From a virus: 64,000 nucleotides of DNA. Below are positions 1 to 8,790 of the stretch, one piece after another. How positions within the stretch are numbered: the first letter of the stretch is position 1; each line of letters begins with the position of its first letter. The stretch lies in the IMG/VR virus record IMGVR_UViG_3300032235_000467. One strand, written 5' to 3'. Under the pieces are notes generated by a model. It saw only the letters and a list, made by a program, of their open reading frames with translations, did not search any database and was not told the origin of the DNA. The position numbers and the translations under genes were made by a program.

Positions 1-3000
1 GATGCATATGCAGAAAATAACTTAACTTTTGATGGTTCTTTATTGTATGTAAATGGACAGCAGGGCATAGGAACAGCATCACCAGGGTCTTACAAACTCA
101 GTGTAGTTCAAGCAGCATCAGCAAATGCTGTAAACATTACAAGGGTATCAGGGTATGCAAACATATACGGTACTAATGATCTAGTATTAGAAACAGACAG
201 TACTTTCTATATGGGTGCTTATACAGCAAGGCCTATATACTTTAACTCTGCTAATGGTGCTTCTGGTACTGTTTATATCGCTTCTGACGGAAAGGTTGGT
301 ATAGGCACTACATCACCAACAGAAAAGTTACATGTTGTAGGGGGTCAGACATCAGCCATGTTTGTGGGGTCTGCAACTGGGTATACCCAAGGAGCTATAA
401 TACTAAGTAGTGGAACTGCCGATTCTCCAGGTGCTAGGGGACAAGGTGTGTTCTTATTTAACGAGGGTACTGATACAACATGGTATGTGGGATCTCCATA
501 TACTCAAGGAGATGCCTTTATAATAGCTAGAAAAGCATCAACAACATCGTATGATCCTGCAGTGGCTCAATATGCAAATGCTTTAATAACTATTGATAAT
601 GCTGGTAAGGTTGGTATAGGGACTGATTCCCCAGGGTATAAACTAGACGTATCAGGAAATGCCAGAGTAACCGGAGAGTTAGTAGTAGCTAAAAGCGGAA
701 CAGATTCATTAATTACATTCCCAGCTCAAACAAATGACCCTGGATTTATAAAACACTATGAATCATCCAACACGGCAGTAATGTATTTCTCTGTGTCTGA
801 TGACGATAATATCACTGGCGATTATTTTGCATTTGGTGCCGGAGGGACATATAGAACTATTATATATACCAATGGAAGAATAGATGCTGCTATATTATAT
901 GATTATAATAACACAGGATATTATTTAGACCCAGCTAGTACATCTAATTTGAATGTTGTTAGAACCCAACAAGTATTAACTCCAAATCATTCATTATCTT
1001 CTGTTTATGGTAGTTTTAATACTACTACTACAAATGGTTATTTAATAACTACCAATATTAGTTACAATGTTTTCAATATGCCTACGGTCATTATTGAAGG
1101 CTATGCGTATGGTGGTGGTCAATCAATTAATTTACAAATTATTTGGTATGCTTATGATGGTACTTTTACAAACTACTCTTATGTAAATAACGGAGATTGG
1201 GATCCTGGTACTATTAGAATTGGTGAAAACGGTAGTGGTAAAGTATGTATACATTTATCTTCTAACATTTATTATGGTAGGTTTAATGTAAGATGTATAT
1301 ATGATCAAGGGTTTGCACCACTAGAAGGGTGGAGCATAACAGATGCTACATACACTGGTTTAAGTAGATTAGTAACTATTGGCAAAAATGCAATAAATAC
1401 AAGTATTACTGGATTAGCAGCCTCAGAAACTTTACAAACAGTAACAAACAGAGGAAATACTACTACAAATAATATAATTTTTAGTAATTATGGAGTAGGT
1501 GTAGTTGGTACATACAGTGATACAAGGTACCAAGCTGTATTTGCAATGGGAGATTCCTATAAACTTCCTAGTGATGGCACAGGAGTTGGTACTTTATATG
1601 GTATAGCTTGGTCTCATCCTAATAATGGTGGTGCTGCTGCAAACTTGGCATCCCATGGTATGCTAATATTAGAAAATGGTGTATTTAAAGGTGCATGGGG
1701 TGGCGGTAGCTTACGAACACCATCAGATGTAAGAGGAACTGTATTCTATGATTGGAGTGATACAAGCTATTATGTAGATCCTAACAGCTATTCTAGTTTA
1801 TACACTGCTAGATTTTGGGGAGGATCAGTTTATATTAGAGGTAGTGCTCCAACATTATATCTTACAGACACTGATCATATGTCTGCAATGATTCATTGTA
1901 ATAGTGATTTACTATACATTCTTCGTGGTGGAGTAGATAGTACAGATTGGGTACAAATAAGTGGCTCGTGGCCACAGTATTGGAACCTGTCCAATAACTA
2001 TACCTTAATGGGAGGAATAGCTGAAGCTGTAACCGATTTCAGAGCCCCTATATTCTATGATTCTAATGATACAGCATACTATTTAAATCCAGCTGGTACG
2101 TCTAATTTAAATAGTGTATATACAAACTTTGTAAGTACTCAAAACGGATATTGGCATTATGCAGATACTGATAGAAATCCTGGAAGTTCTACTTATTATC
2201 CAAATACGTGGTCAACAGGAGTAAGATTTAGTTTCGCTTCAGCTGGTAATACTGGTACTGGTGGTAACTATTCTGGAGTATTACACTTCCATCCTTGGAC
2301 CGGCACAACAGCTTCTACTGGAGATGCTTCCTATCAATTAGTGTTTGGCAGTACAGCGGTTAATGGAAGTGGGTACCCACAATTAGTAATAAGAAACGGT
2401 ATAGACACTACATGGAATTCTTGGTATTACATACCAATGTACGGACTAAATCAATATGCCGGTGCACTATATGCTACCATATATTATGACTCAACTGACA
2501 CTGCGTATTACCTAGATCCAGCCAGTACATCTAGATTAGCTACGACAATAACAACTACTACATACTTTGGCTCTACCACTTCTCATGGATATGCGGAAGA
2601 ATACGGTACCAACTCATCATCACTTCGTAGAATAGCTTTCATGTCGTTTGACTGGAATGCTGCCTACAATAGTTATAACTATCATGGAATAGCTTCTACA
2701 GATCTAAATGGTACATTTACTGATAGTATGTCCATAAACTCTTTTAATGACATTAATTTAAGAATAGATGCAAATAATAACAATGGTGCTTCTTATGTAA
2801 GATTCCATAATAACTCTGACGTTTCTAACCAATTTGCTTATATAGGATATGACGGATCTGTATATTTATCATATTTTACAGGTACTGGGTACTTTACTGG
2901 TGACGTTATAGCCTACTATTCTGATGCTAGATTGAAAGAAAATGTAAAACCTATAGACTCAGTACTAGAAAAAATATCTAAGATAGGGGGATACTATTAT

Positions 3001-3261
3001 ACTCCAAATGCATTAGCTTTGCAATTAAATGCAGCTTCTGATAATAATCAAAAGCTCGGTGTATTAGCTCAAGAGATACAAGGAGTATTCCCAGAAGCAG
3101 TAGAAAAAGCACCGTTTGATAGGGATGAAAATGGTAATTCTAAATCAGGAGAAGACTATTTAACAGTAAAATATGAAAGATTAGTGCCTGTACTTATAGA
3201 AGCTATAAAAGAACAACAAAAACAAATAGAAGAACTTAAATATTTAATAAAAAACAAATAA
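1..3261 (+). CDS. Tail fibre protein with C-terminal Peptidase_S74 intramolecular chaperone (5'-truncated by window edge)
   Basis: Frame is open from base 1. Contains VGIGTxSP repeats, four FYDxxDTxYYLDPxxTS repeats, and a C-terminal YYSDARLKENV...GVLAQEIQ...YERLVPVLIEAIKEQQKQIEEL S74 signature. Confidence 0.9.
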   Translation, partial: DAYAENNLTFDGSLLYVNGQQGIGTASPGSYKLSVVQAASANAVNITRVSGYANIYGTNDLVLETDSTFYMGAYTARPIYFNSANGASGTVYIASDGKVGIGTTSPTEKLHVVGGQTSAMFVGSATGYTQGAIILSSGTADSPGARGQGVFLFNEGTDTTWYVGSPYTQGDAFIIARKASTTSYDPAVAQYANALITIDNAGKVGIGTDSPGYKLDVSGNARVTGELVVAKSGTDSLITFPAQTNDPGFIKHYESSNTAVMYFSVSDDDNITGDYFAFGAGGTYRTIIYTNGRIDAAILYDYNNTGYYLDPASTSNLNVVRTQQVLTPNHSLSSVYGSFNTTTTNGYLITTNISYNVFNMPTVIIEGYAYGGGQSINLQIIWYAYDGTFTNYSYVNNGDWDPGTIRIGENGSGKVCIHLSSNIYYGRFNVRCIYDQGFAPLEGWSITDATYTGLSRLVTIGKNAINTSITGLAASETLQTVTNRGNTTTNNIIFSNYGVGVVGTYSDTRYQAVFAMGDSYKLPSDGTGVGTLYGIAWSHPNNGGAAANLASHGMLILENGVFKGAWGGGSLRTPSDVRGTVFYDWSDTSYYVDPNSYSSLYTARFWGGSVYIRGSAPTLYLTDTDHMSAMIHCNSDLLYILRGGVDSTDWVQISGSWPQYWNLSNNYTLMGGIAEAVTDFRAPIFYDSNDTAYYLNPAGTSNLNSVYTNFVSTQNGYWHYADTDRNPGSSTYYPNTWSTGVRFSFASAGNTGTGGNYSGVLHFHPWTGTTASTGDASYQLVFGSTAVNGSGYPQLVIRNGIDTTWNSWYYIPMYGLNQYAGALYATIYYDSTDTAYYLDPASTSRLATTITTTTYFGSTTSHGYAEEYGTNSSSLRRIAFMSFDWNAAYNSYNYHGIASTDLNGTFTDSMSINSFNDINLRIDANNNNGASYVRFHNNSDVSNQFAYIGYDGSVYLSYFTGTGYFTGDVIAYYSDARLKENVKPIDSVLEKISKIGGYYYTPNALALQLNAASDNNQKLGVLAQEIQGVFPEAVEKAPFDRDENGNSKSGEDYLTVKYERLVPVLIEAIKEQQKQIEELKYLIKNK

Positions 3262-3262
3262 T

Positions 3263-3604
3263 ATGGCTATTACTTATACATTTAAAGTTACAGAAATAGA
3301 AGTAGCTCCTACTTCAAGTGGTGAGTACAATGTAGTAACAAGAGTACGTTATGACTATAAAGGAGTAGATGAGGACGGAGTAGAAGCTAATTTTACTGGA
3401 GCTACTCCTATGCCTTCCCCATCAGGAAGCTTTATACCTTATGAAGATTTAACTGAAAATACGGTCATAGGATGGTTAAATTCCGTATCCGATAAACCTC
3501 ATATGCAAGAAAGAATTACAGAAATGATTGGTTCCTTAAAAAATCCACAGTATGTACCAAAACCAGCTCCTTGGGCAACTGGGTCTGTATCTGGATCTAT
3601 ATAA
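3263..3604 (+). CDS. Small tail-fibre-associated protein (putative fibre assembly factor)
   Basis: 113-aa ORF directly after the S74 fibre; FIPYEDLTENTVIGW motif is typical of small fibre-adjacent phage proteins. Confidence 0.6.
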   Translation: MAITYTFKVTEIEVAPTSSGEYNVVTRVRYDYKGVDEDGVEANFTGATPMPSPSGSFIPYEDLTENTVIGWLNSVSDKPHMQERITEMIGSLKNPQYVPKPAPWATGSVSGSI

Positions 3605-3613
3605 AAAATAACT

Positions 3614-4192
3614 ATGGCATTACCTAGTAGTGGACAAATATCAATTAGCAACATCTATACTGAGGTAACTCAGTCTGGACAAGTAAATAATTATAGTTTG
3701 GCTAGACTATCTAAAGGTGATTGGAACAGTAAAATCGATCTACTAAATGGATACCCAGGAATAGATCAAAATTCTACCAGTAAACCAGATAGGGTAGCTC
3801 AGCATGAGATGTCAAATTTCCACAGCTACAACCATACTCAAAATGGATCTTGTTCTGGAACCAGTTTTGGAGATGTTTTAAGTGGCTTTGATGACCCTAG
3901 AAGATCCTATCATAGGATAAATGCCACAGGTACAGCAGGAGATATAGTAGTAATAACTGTAGGATGCTCTAAAAGAGAGGGGTCAGAACCTTTTGGACCT
4001 TTTAGTTATGGGTATTATTACATATTTGATGTATATCCTTTTGATTATTTTGGAACTTTGTTAGTAGGAAGTGCAATATATTCTGGAATTACAGGATCTA
4101 GCTCTAGAACAGATTATTGGTACTATACATTAAGTGGCACATCTCAAGTAATATATATAGTAACATACGCAGACGCAGCTGCTTATGGTTAA
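3614..4192 (+). CDS. Putative virion structural protein
   Basis: MALPSSGQISISNI N-terminus is common in proteins downstream of phage tail fibres. Confidence 0.55.
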   Translation: MALPSSGQISISNIYTEVTQSGQVNNYSLARLSKGDWNSKIDLLNGYPGIDQNSTSKPDRVAQHEMSNFHSYNHTQNGSCSGTSFGDVLSGFDDPRRSYHRINATGTAGDIVVITVGCSKREGSEPFGPFSYGYYYIFDVYPFDYFGTLLVGSAIYSGITGSSSRTDYWYYTLSGTSQVIYIVTYADAAAYG

Positions 4193-4206
4193 TAAATAAT
4201 AATAAA

Positions 4207-5037
4207 ATGTCTATATTTACATTTACGGTTGCATGCGGAGTTACTCCAACACCTACACCAACACCAAGACCAACTCCAGTACCTTGGTGTTGTTATGAGT
4301 ATACTACTTTTAATGAAGGGTTTAGTAGCACAACTGTTTATTTTGAAAATTGTGATGGGACTGGAGGTAGTAAAGTTGTTTCTACAGGTTATGATTCATT
4401 ACCATGTATTAAACAAAATTCTGCTTATGATTATAGCGGACTGGTATATTACACGGAAGAATCTCAATGTTACACAGTTCCAACTGATTGTGATACGACT
4501 ACACCTACACCAACACCTACACCTACACCAACAAACACTCCAGTACCAACACCAACTCCACCCCCTAACTATACTGTTTCAATATATGCTAAAAGATCAG
4601 GCACCCCTACTTGTATAATACCTCCAGGAGGTGGAACAGAGCCTCAGTTTAGAATTTATTATACTTTTGGATACCCTATGGCTTTACAATTAGTAGGAGG
4701 GAGTATAGCAAGTAACACTTGCGGATTTGTAGGAAACATAACAGTACCTTCAGGTACTACTTTGCATATAGGATGTAGATCTTGGAGTTATTTAAGCCCT
4801 ATAAGGTTTGGAGTAGCTAGCGGAACTTCCACATGCCCAGATTCAGGTCTTACATCTTATTGTGGAACTTTTTATGATGATGGAGGTTATAGCCAAGTTA
4901 TTACAGGTAATACTAGTTTAGCTTTTACATCAGATCTAATATCTCAATTTAAGCTTGCCCCAGATGGAAAAAGTTCAATATTTGATTGTTATAAATTTAA
5001 CTATTGTGGAGGCACAGGAGGAGGTTCAAATACTTAA
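4207..5037 (+). CDS. Cys-rich virion protein with Pro-Thr linkers
   Basis: Likely start is ATG 4207 (A-rich leader) rather than 4117. Two PTPTPT tracts separate Cys-rich beta-type domains. Confidence 0.6.
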   Translation: MSIFTFTVACGVTPTPTPTPRPTPVPWCCYEYTTFNEGFSSTTVYFENCDGTGGSKVVSTGYDSLPCIKQNSAYDYSGLVYYTEESQCYTVPTDCDTTTPTPTPTPTPTNTPVPTPTPPPNYTVSIYAKRSGTPTCIIPPGGGTEPQFRIYYTFGYPMALQLVGGSIASNTCGFVGNITVPSGTTLHIGCRSWSYLSPIRFGVASGTSTCPDSGLTSYCGTFYDDGGYSQVITGNTSLAFTSDLISQFKLAPDGKSSIFDCYKFNYCGGTGGGSNT

Positions 5038-5049
5038 AAAATAAAAAAT

Positions 5050-5226
5050 ATGAAATACAGAGTAATTATGCAGTTTATTCCTGGCCTAGACCAGATTTGG
5101 GTATCAAGATTATCCCCAGAAGATCCAGAATACGTATACGACACAGAACAAGAAGCCGTTGATAAAGCAGCTGAGTTAGAAGCAGCGGATCCAACAGGAA
5201 GAAAATATAAAACAGAAGCCGTATAG
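5050..5226 (+). CDS. Hypothetical 58-aa acidic protein (not in ORF track)
   Basis: ATG 5050 to TAG 5226 reads MKYRVIMQFIPGLDQIWVSRLSPEDPEYVYDTEQEAVDKAAELEAADPTGRKYKTEAV; A-rich leader; fills the intergenic gap. Confidence 0.7.
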   Translation: MKYRVIMQFIPGLDQIWVSRLSPEDPEYVYDTEQEAVDKAAELEAADPTGRKYKTEAV

Positions 5227-5240
5227 TAAAAATAATTACG

Positions 5241-5248
5241 TATATTTG
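5241..5248 (+). promoter_or_regulatory. Bacteroidota-type -7 promoter element (TATATTTG)
   Basis: Matches TAnnTTTG, 18 nt before the ATG at 5267; flanked by the inverted repeat TTACGTA/TACGTAA; no clear -33 box. Confidence 0.5.
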
Positions 5249-5266
5249 TACGTAAAATAAATTGTC

Positions 5267-7960
5267 ATGAAACAAAGGTTATTATTTATAGCCCCGCACC
5301 TCTCTACTGGAGGCATGCCGCAATACCTCTATAAGCAAATTGTAGCTCTTTTAGAGGACTTTGACGTTTATTGTATAGAATGGGACAACGTAACAGGGGG
5401 AGTCCTTGTAGTACAGCGTAATAGAATCCTAGAGGCATTGGGAGATAGACTCATTACATTAGGAGAAGACAAGACAGAACTCCTAAACTATGTCAATAAT
5501 AAAATAAAGCCAGACATAGTGCATCTACAGGAGATACCTGAAATGTTTATGGGGTATGGAATAGCTGAAAAGTTATACGCAACTGATCGGAAATACCGAA
5601 TAGTTGAGACCTCTCACGACTCTAGCTACGATGTAACTAAAAAAAGTCACTTCCCTGACAAGTTCATGATGGTAAGTCAGTATCAGGTAGAGGCTTATAA
5701 GAGCTTAAATATACCATGTGAGCTCGTAGAATATCCTATAGAGGATAAAACCAGAACAAAAACTAGAGAAGAACTGATGTCTGAATTAGGATTAGATCCT
5801 AATAAAAAGCATGTCATAACAGTAGGTCTATTCACTCCTAGAAAGAATCAAGCAGAGGTAGTAGAGTACGCAAGAATGCTACAGGATCAACCTATACAAT
5901 TTCATTTTATAGGTAATCAAGCAGACAATTTTAAGTACTATTGGGAGCCTATAATGAAGGATTTCCCATCTAATTGCACATGGTGGGGAGAGAGAAGTGA
6001 CGTAGATACCTTCTATCAAATGGCTGATCTATTTCTGTTTACGTCTAGAGGATTTGCTACAGATAAGGAGACAATGCCGCTAGTAATTAGGGAGGCTATT
6101 AGTTGGAAAGTACCGTCTTTAATATACAACCTTGATGTATATTTACACTACTTTAACAAATATGGCAATATTGGATACCTAAACACCAGTGATAAAATTG
6201 ACAATATATTAAAAATATTAAATAAGTTAGAATTAGATAAGTTAGAAGTAAAAGAAAATAATATGTTTTATACTTTAGAAGGAGAAAAAGATCTAGCTTC
6301 ATACGAATATCCAAACAGTATGTACGAATCTATGATTAAATATGGAGATGCCGCTGGAATTTATTGGGCTACATATTTGTATCATGAGTTGTGTAGATTT
6401 GATGTATGTGTTGAGGAGGGAGATGTATTTGTAGACTTGGGAACAAATATAGGAATATCATCAAAATACGCATTGTTACATGGTGCAAAAGAAGTACATT
6501 GTTTTGAACCAGACCCTGTACTTATAGAACTTATTAAGAAAAATGTCCCATCCAGCGAAATATATCAATATGCTATCGATAGTAAAAGCGAGGAGTTTGA
6601 ATTATATCATTGGCCTTATAATCCAGTAAACGAGGGGCCTAAATATAAATGTAAAAGTGTCACATTAAGAGAGGTATTAAGCCTAGTTAATAAACCAATA
6701 GACTATTTAAAAATAGATATTGAAGGGTTTGAACATAATATCTTTGACGACTTAACATATGAAGAATGTTCCAAATTTAAAAAACTGTTTGTTGAACATC
6801 ATATGCCGGAAAAAACCAATGATTTTTGTGAAGTTTTAAAGAGCAAAGGGTATAACCTTAGTGTTGAGTATGGAAATGGGCAAAATTATATATATGCTAA
6901 ACATGAGAATCCATATTATACAGACAAAAAACAAAATAAAGATCAAATACTGAAAAAAATAACTATGGATAATAAACAGCCTTCTTATAACTTTTGGAGT
7001 AAATGGGATAAGGACGAACAGCAAATGCATTTTGGGGCATATGAAAATGTTAATGAACCCTTAATAGTATCTTTAAGAGAGTATATGTCTGATGGGGTTT
7101 TATGGTCCTCTGATTATGCTTATATGCCAAAAGACGTGGCTTTTTGGATGATTCCTATTAATAAAGGATTATTTGATTACGAAAAAGATATTAATTATGC
7201 AGGAATAAAGATTTGTATATATAAAAAGAAAGACGGAAAAAAAGTATACGAGCAACCGTATTTCAGCAAATTTGTAGATGTACCCAGAGTTACCTTAAGT
7301 AACAGTATTCCATATTATTTAAACTATACTGAATTCTTTATACATGATAAATACGCTAGGTATTTTCGTAAAAAATATCACAATGTAGTTGATGTAGGAG
7401 CTAACGTAGGAGTATTCACAGAGTATTTGATACAAAATGAACATACAGAAAAAGTAATAGCAGTTGAGTGTGATTCAAAAGCTTTATACGATCTAACTAG
7501 AAATTTTAAAAGAGAGTATAGGGTAGAAATAGAGCCAAAAGCTTTGTATCACGAAAATACAAAAATAACATTCTACCATTCAGAAGAAAACCCTGTAATT
7601 AGTAGTACTATAGCTCCTGATAAGTTAGTTAATCATATGGCTGGAGTTAAAGGACAAGATGTTGTAGAAGTAGAAACAATCACTATTAGAGACCTTGTAA
7701 ACAAGTTAGGGTATATTGATTTGTTAAAAATAGACATAGAAGGAGGAGAGTACGAAGTAATAGAAAACCTGGATCCTAATTTGTTTAATCATATCAATAA
7801 TTTTCTAATAGAATGTCATTTCTTTGAATCTGATTATAAAGTAAAGTACGATAATCTTATAGATAAATTAAGAAATGGAGGATATATAGTAGAGGAGTTT
7901 TTGAAAGATCAATCTAGTAATTCAGGAACTAGCGAAGTAATATTTGCATCAAAAATTTAA
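5267..7960 (+). CDS. GT4 glycosyltransferase fused to two FkbM-family methyltransferase domains
   Basis: N-terminal GT-B (PHLSTGGMPQY, VGLFTPRKNQ, ADLFLFTS..ETMPLVIREA). Two FkbM domains: VDLGTNIG...YLKIDIEGFE and VDVGANVG...LLKIDIEGGE. Confidence 0.85.
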   Translation: MKQRLLFIAPHLSTGGMPQYLYKQIVALLEDFDVYCIEWDNVTGGVLVVQRNRILEALGDRLITLGEDKTELLNYVNNKIKPDIVHLQEIPEMFMGYGIAEKLYATDRKYRIVETSHDSSYDVTKKSHFPDKFMMVSQYQVEAYKSLNIPCELVEYPIEDKTRTKTREELMSELGLDPNKKHVITVGLFTPRKNQAEVVEYARMLQDQPIQFHFIGNQADNFKYYWEPIMKDFPSNCTWWGERSDVDTFYQMADLFLFTSRGFATDKETMPLVIREAISWKVPSLIYNLDVYLHYFNKYGNIGYLNTSDKIDNILKILNKLELDKLEVKENNMFYTLEGEKDLASYEYPNSMYESMIKYGDAAGIYWATYLYHELCRFDVCVEEGDVFVDLGTNIGISSKYALLHGAKEVHCFEPDPVLIELIKKNVPSSEIYQYAIDSKSEEFELYHWPYNPVNEGPKYKCKSVTLREVLSLVNKPIDYLKIDIEGFEHNIFDDLTYEECSKFKKLFVEHHMPEKTNDFCEVLKSKGYNLSVEYGNGQNYIYAKHENPYYTDKKQNKDQILKKITMDNKQPSYNFWSKWDKDEQQMHFGAYENVNEPLIVSLREYMSDGVLWSSDYAYMPKDVAFWMIPINKGLFDYEKDINYAGIKICIYKKKDGKKVYEQPYFSKFVDVPRVTLSNSIPYYLNYTEFFIHDKYARYFRKKYHNVVDVGANVGVFTEYLIQNEHTEKVIAVECDSKALYDLTRNFKREYRVEIEPKALYHENTKITFYHSEENPVISSTIAPDKLVNHMAGVKGQDVVEVETITIRDLVNKLGYIDLLKIDIEGGEYEVIENLDPNLFNHINNFLIECHFFESDYKVKYDNLIDKLRNGGYIVEEFLKDQSSNSGTSEVIFASKI

Positions 7961-7962
7961 TT

Positions 7963-8790
7963 ATGGTTTTATTTTTATATAGTGACATAAATTGTGAACA
8001 TCAAGCTGTATCATGTATCAAATCATTGTCCAGTAAGATAACAGATGACGTTAAAATAGTTTATTATACTGTAGGATTTGAAAGTTCGTTTGAATTTAAA
8101 AATCTATATAAAATAAAAATAGATTATAAACCCCAATATCCAACTTTTCACTATTACAAAGCGGAGCTGTCCTTATTAACAATGAGGATGTTTCCTAACG
8201 AGTATTATATGTTTTCAGATACGGACATATTATATTCTAGAAGATTTTCTTTTGATAAGATTAAGAGTAATCTATCATACCCTCTAGCTAGTTTTGGGCC
8301 ACATGAATATCCGTATTTATGGGAAAAAAGGGGAGATGTTACTACTATATTTGATGAATCAAAACTAATGGAGTATTTTAATGTTAAAGAAAGATCTCAA
8401 AGATATGTGTGGTCATGTATATATTCTTTCAGTGAACAGACAACAGAGTTTTTTGAAGAGTATACGTCTATGTGCAATAATAGGTATTTGTTAGATAGAA
8501 GACGAGATTATTATCCTATGCACGATGAAACTTCTTTTAACGTTTGTCTTTGGAAAAGAGGAGCAAATAAAAACTTAGGATTTGCATTTTTAAATACTCA
8601 TATATTTGAGTCAGTAAAAAAAACTGAGGAAAATTATATAAAAGATCAAAGGTTAGGTGTTAATGTAGACGATCATGGAAACGATTGGGAGTATATTCAT
8701 GATTCTAAAAATATTATAGGATATCATGGATTTAAAGAAAAAGACTCTATGGAAAAAACATTAAACTACTTACTAAATGAAAATAGTTAA
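7963..8790 (+). CDS. Putative GT-A fold glycosyltransferase (GT8-like)
   Basis: YYKAEL...MFSDTD (DxD) motif, HDETSFNV and late YHGFK motifs; lies inside the GT cluster. Confidence 0.6.
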   Translation: MVLFLYSDINCEHQAVSCIKSLSSKITDDVKIVYYTVGFESSFEFKNLYKIKIDYKPQYPTFHYYKAELSLLTMRMFPNEYYMFSDTDILYSRRFSFDKIKSNLSYPLASFGPHEYPYLWEKRGDVTTIFDESKLMEYFNVKERSQRYVWSCIYSFSEQTTEFFEEYTSMCNNRYLLDRRRDYYPMHDETSFNVCLWKRGANKNLGFAFLNTHIFESVKKTEENYIKDQRLGVNVDDHGNDWEYIHDSKNIIGYHGFKEKDSMEKTLNYLLNENS

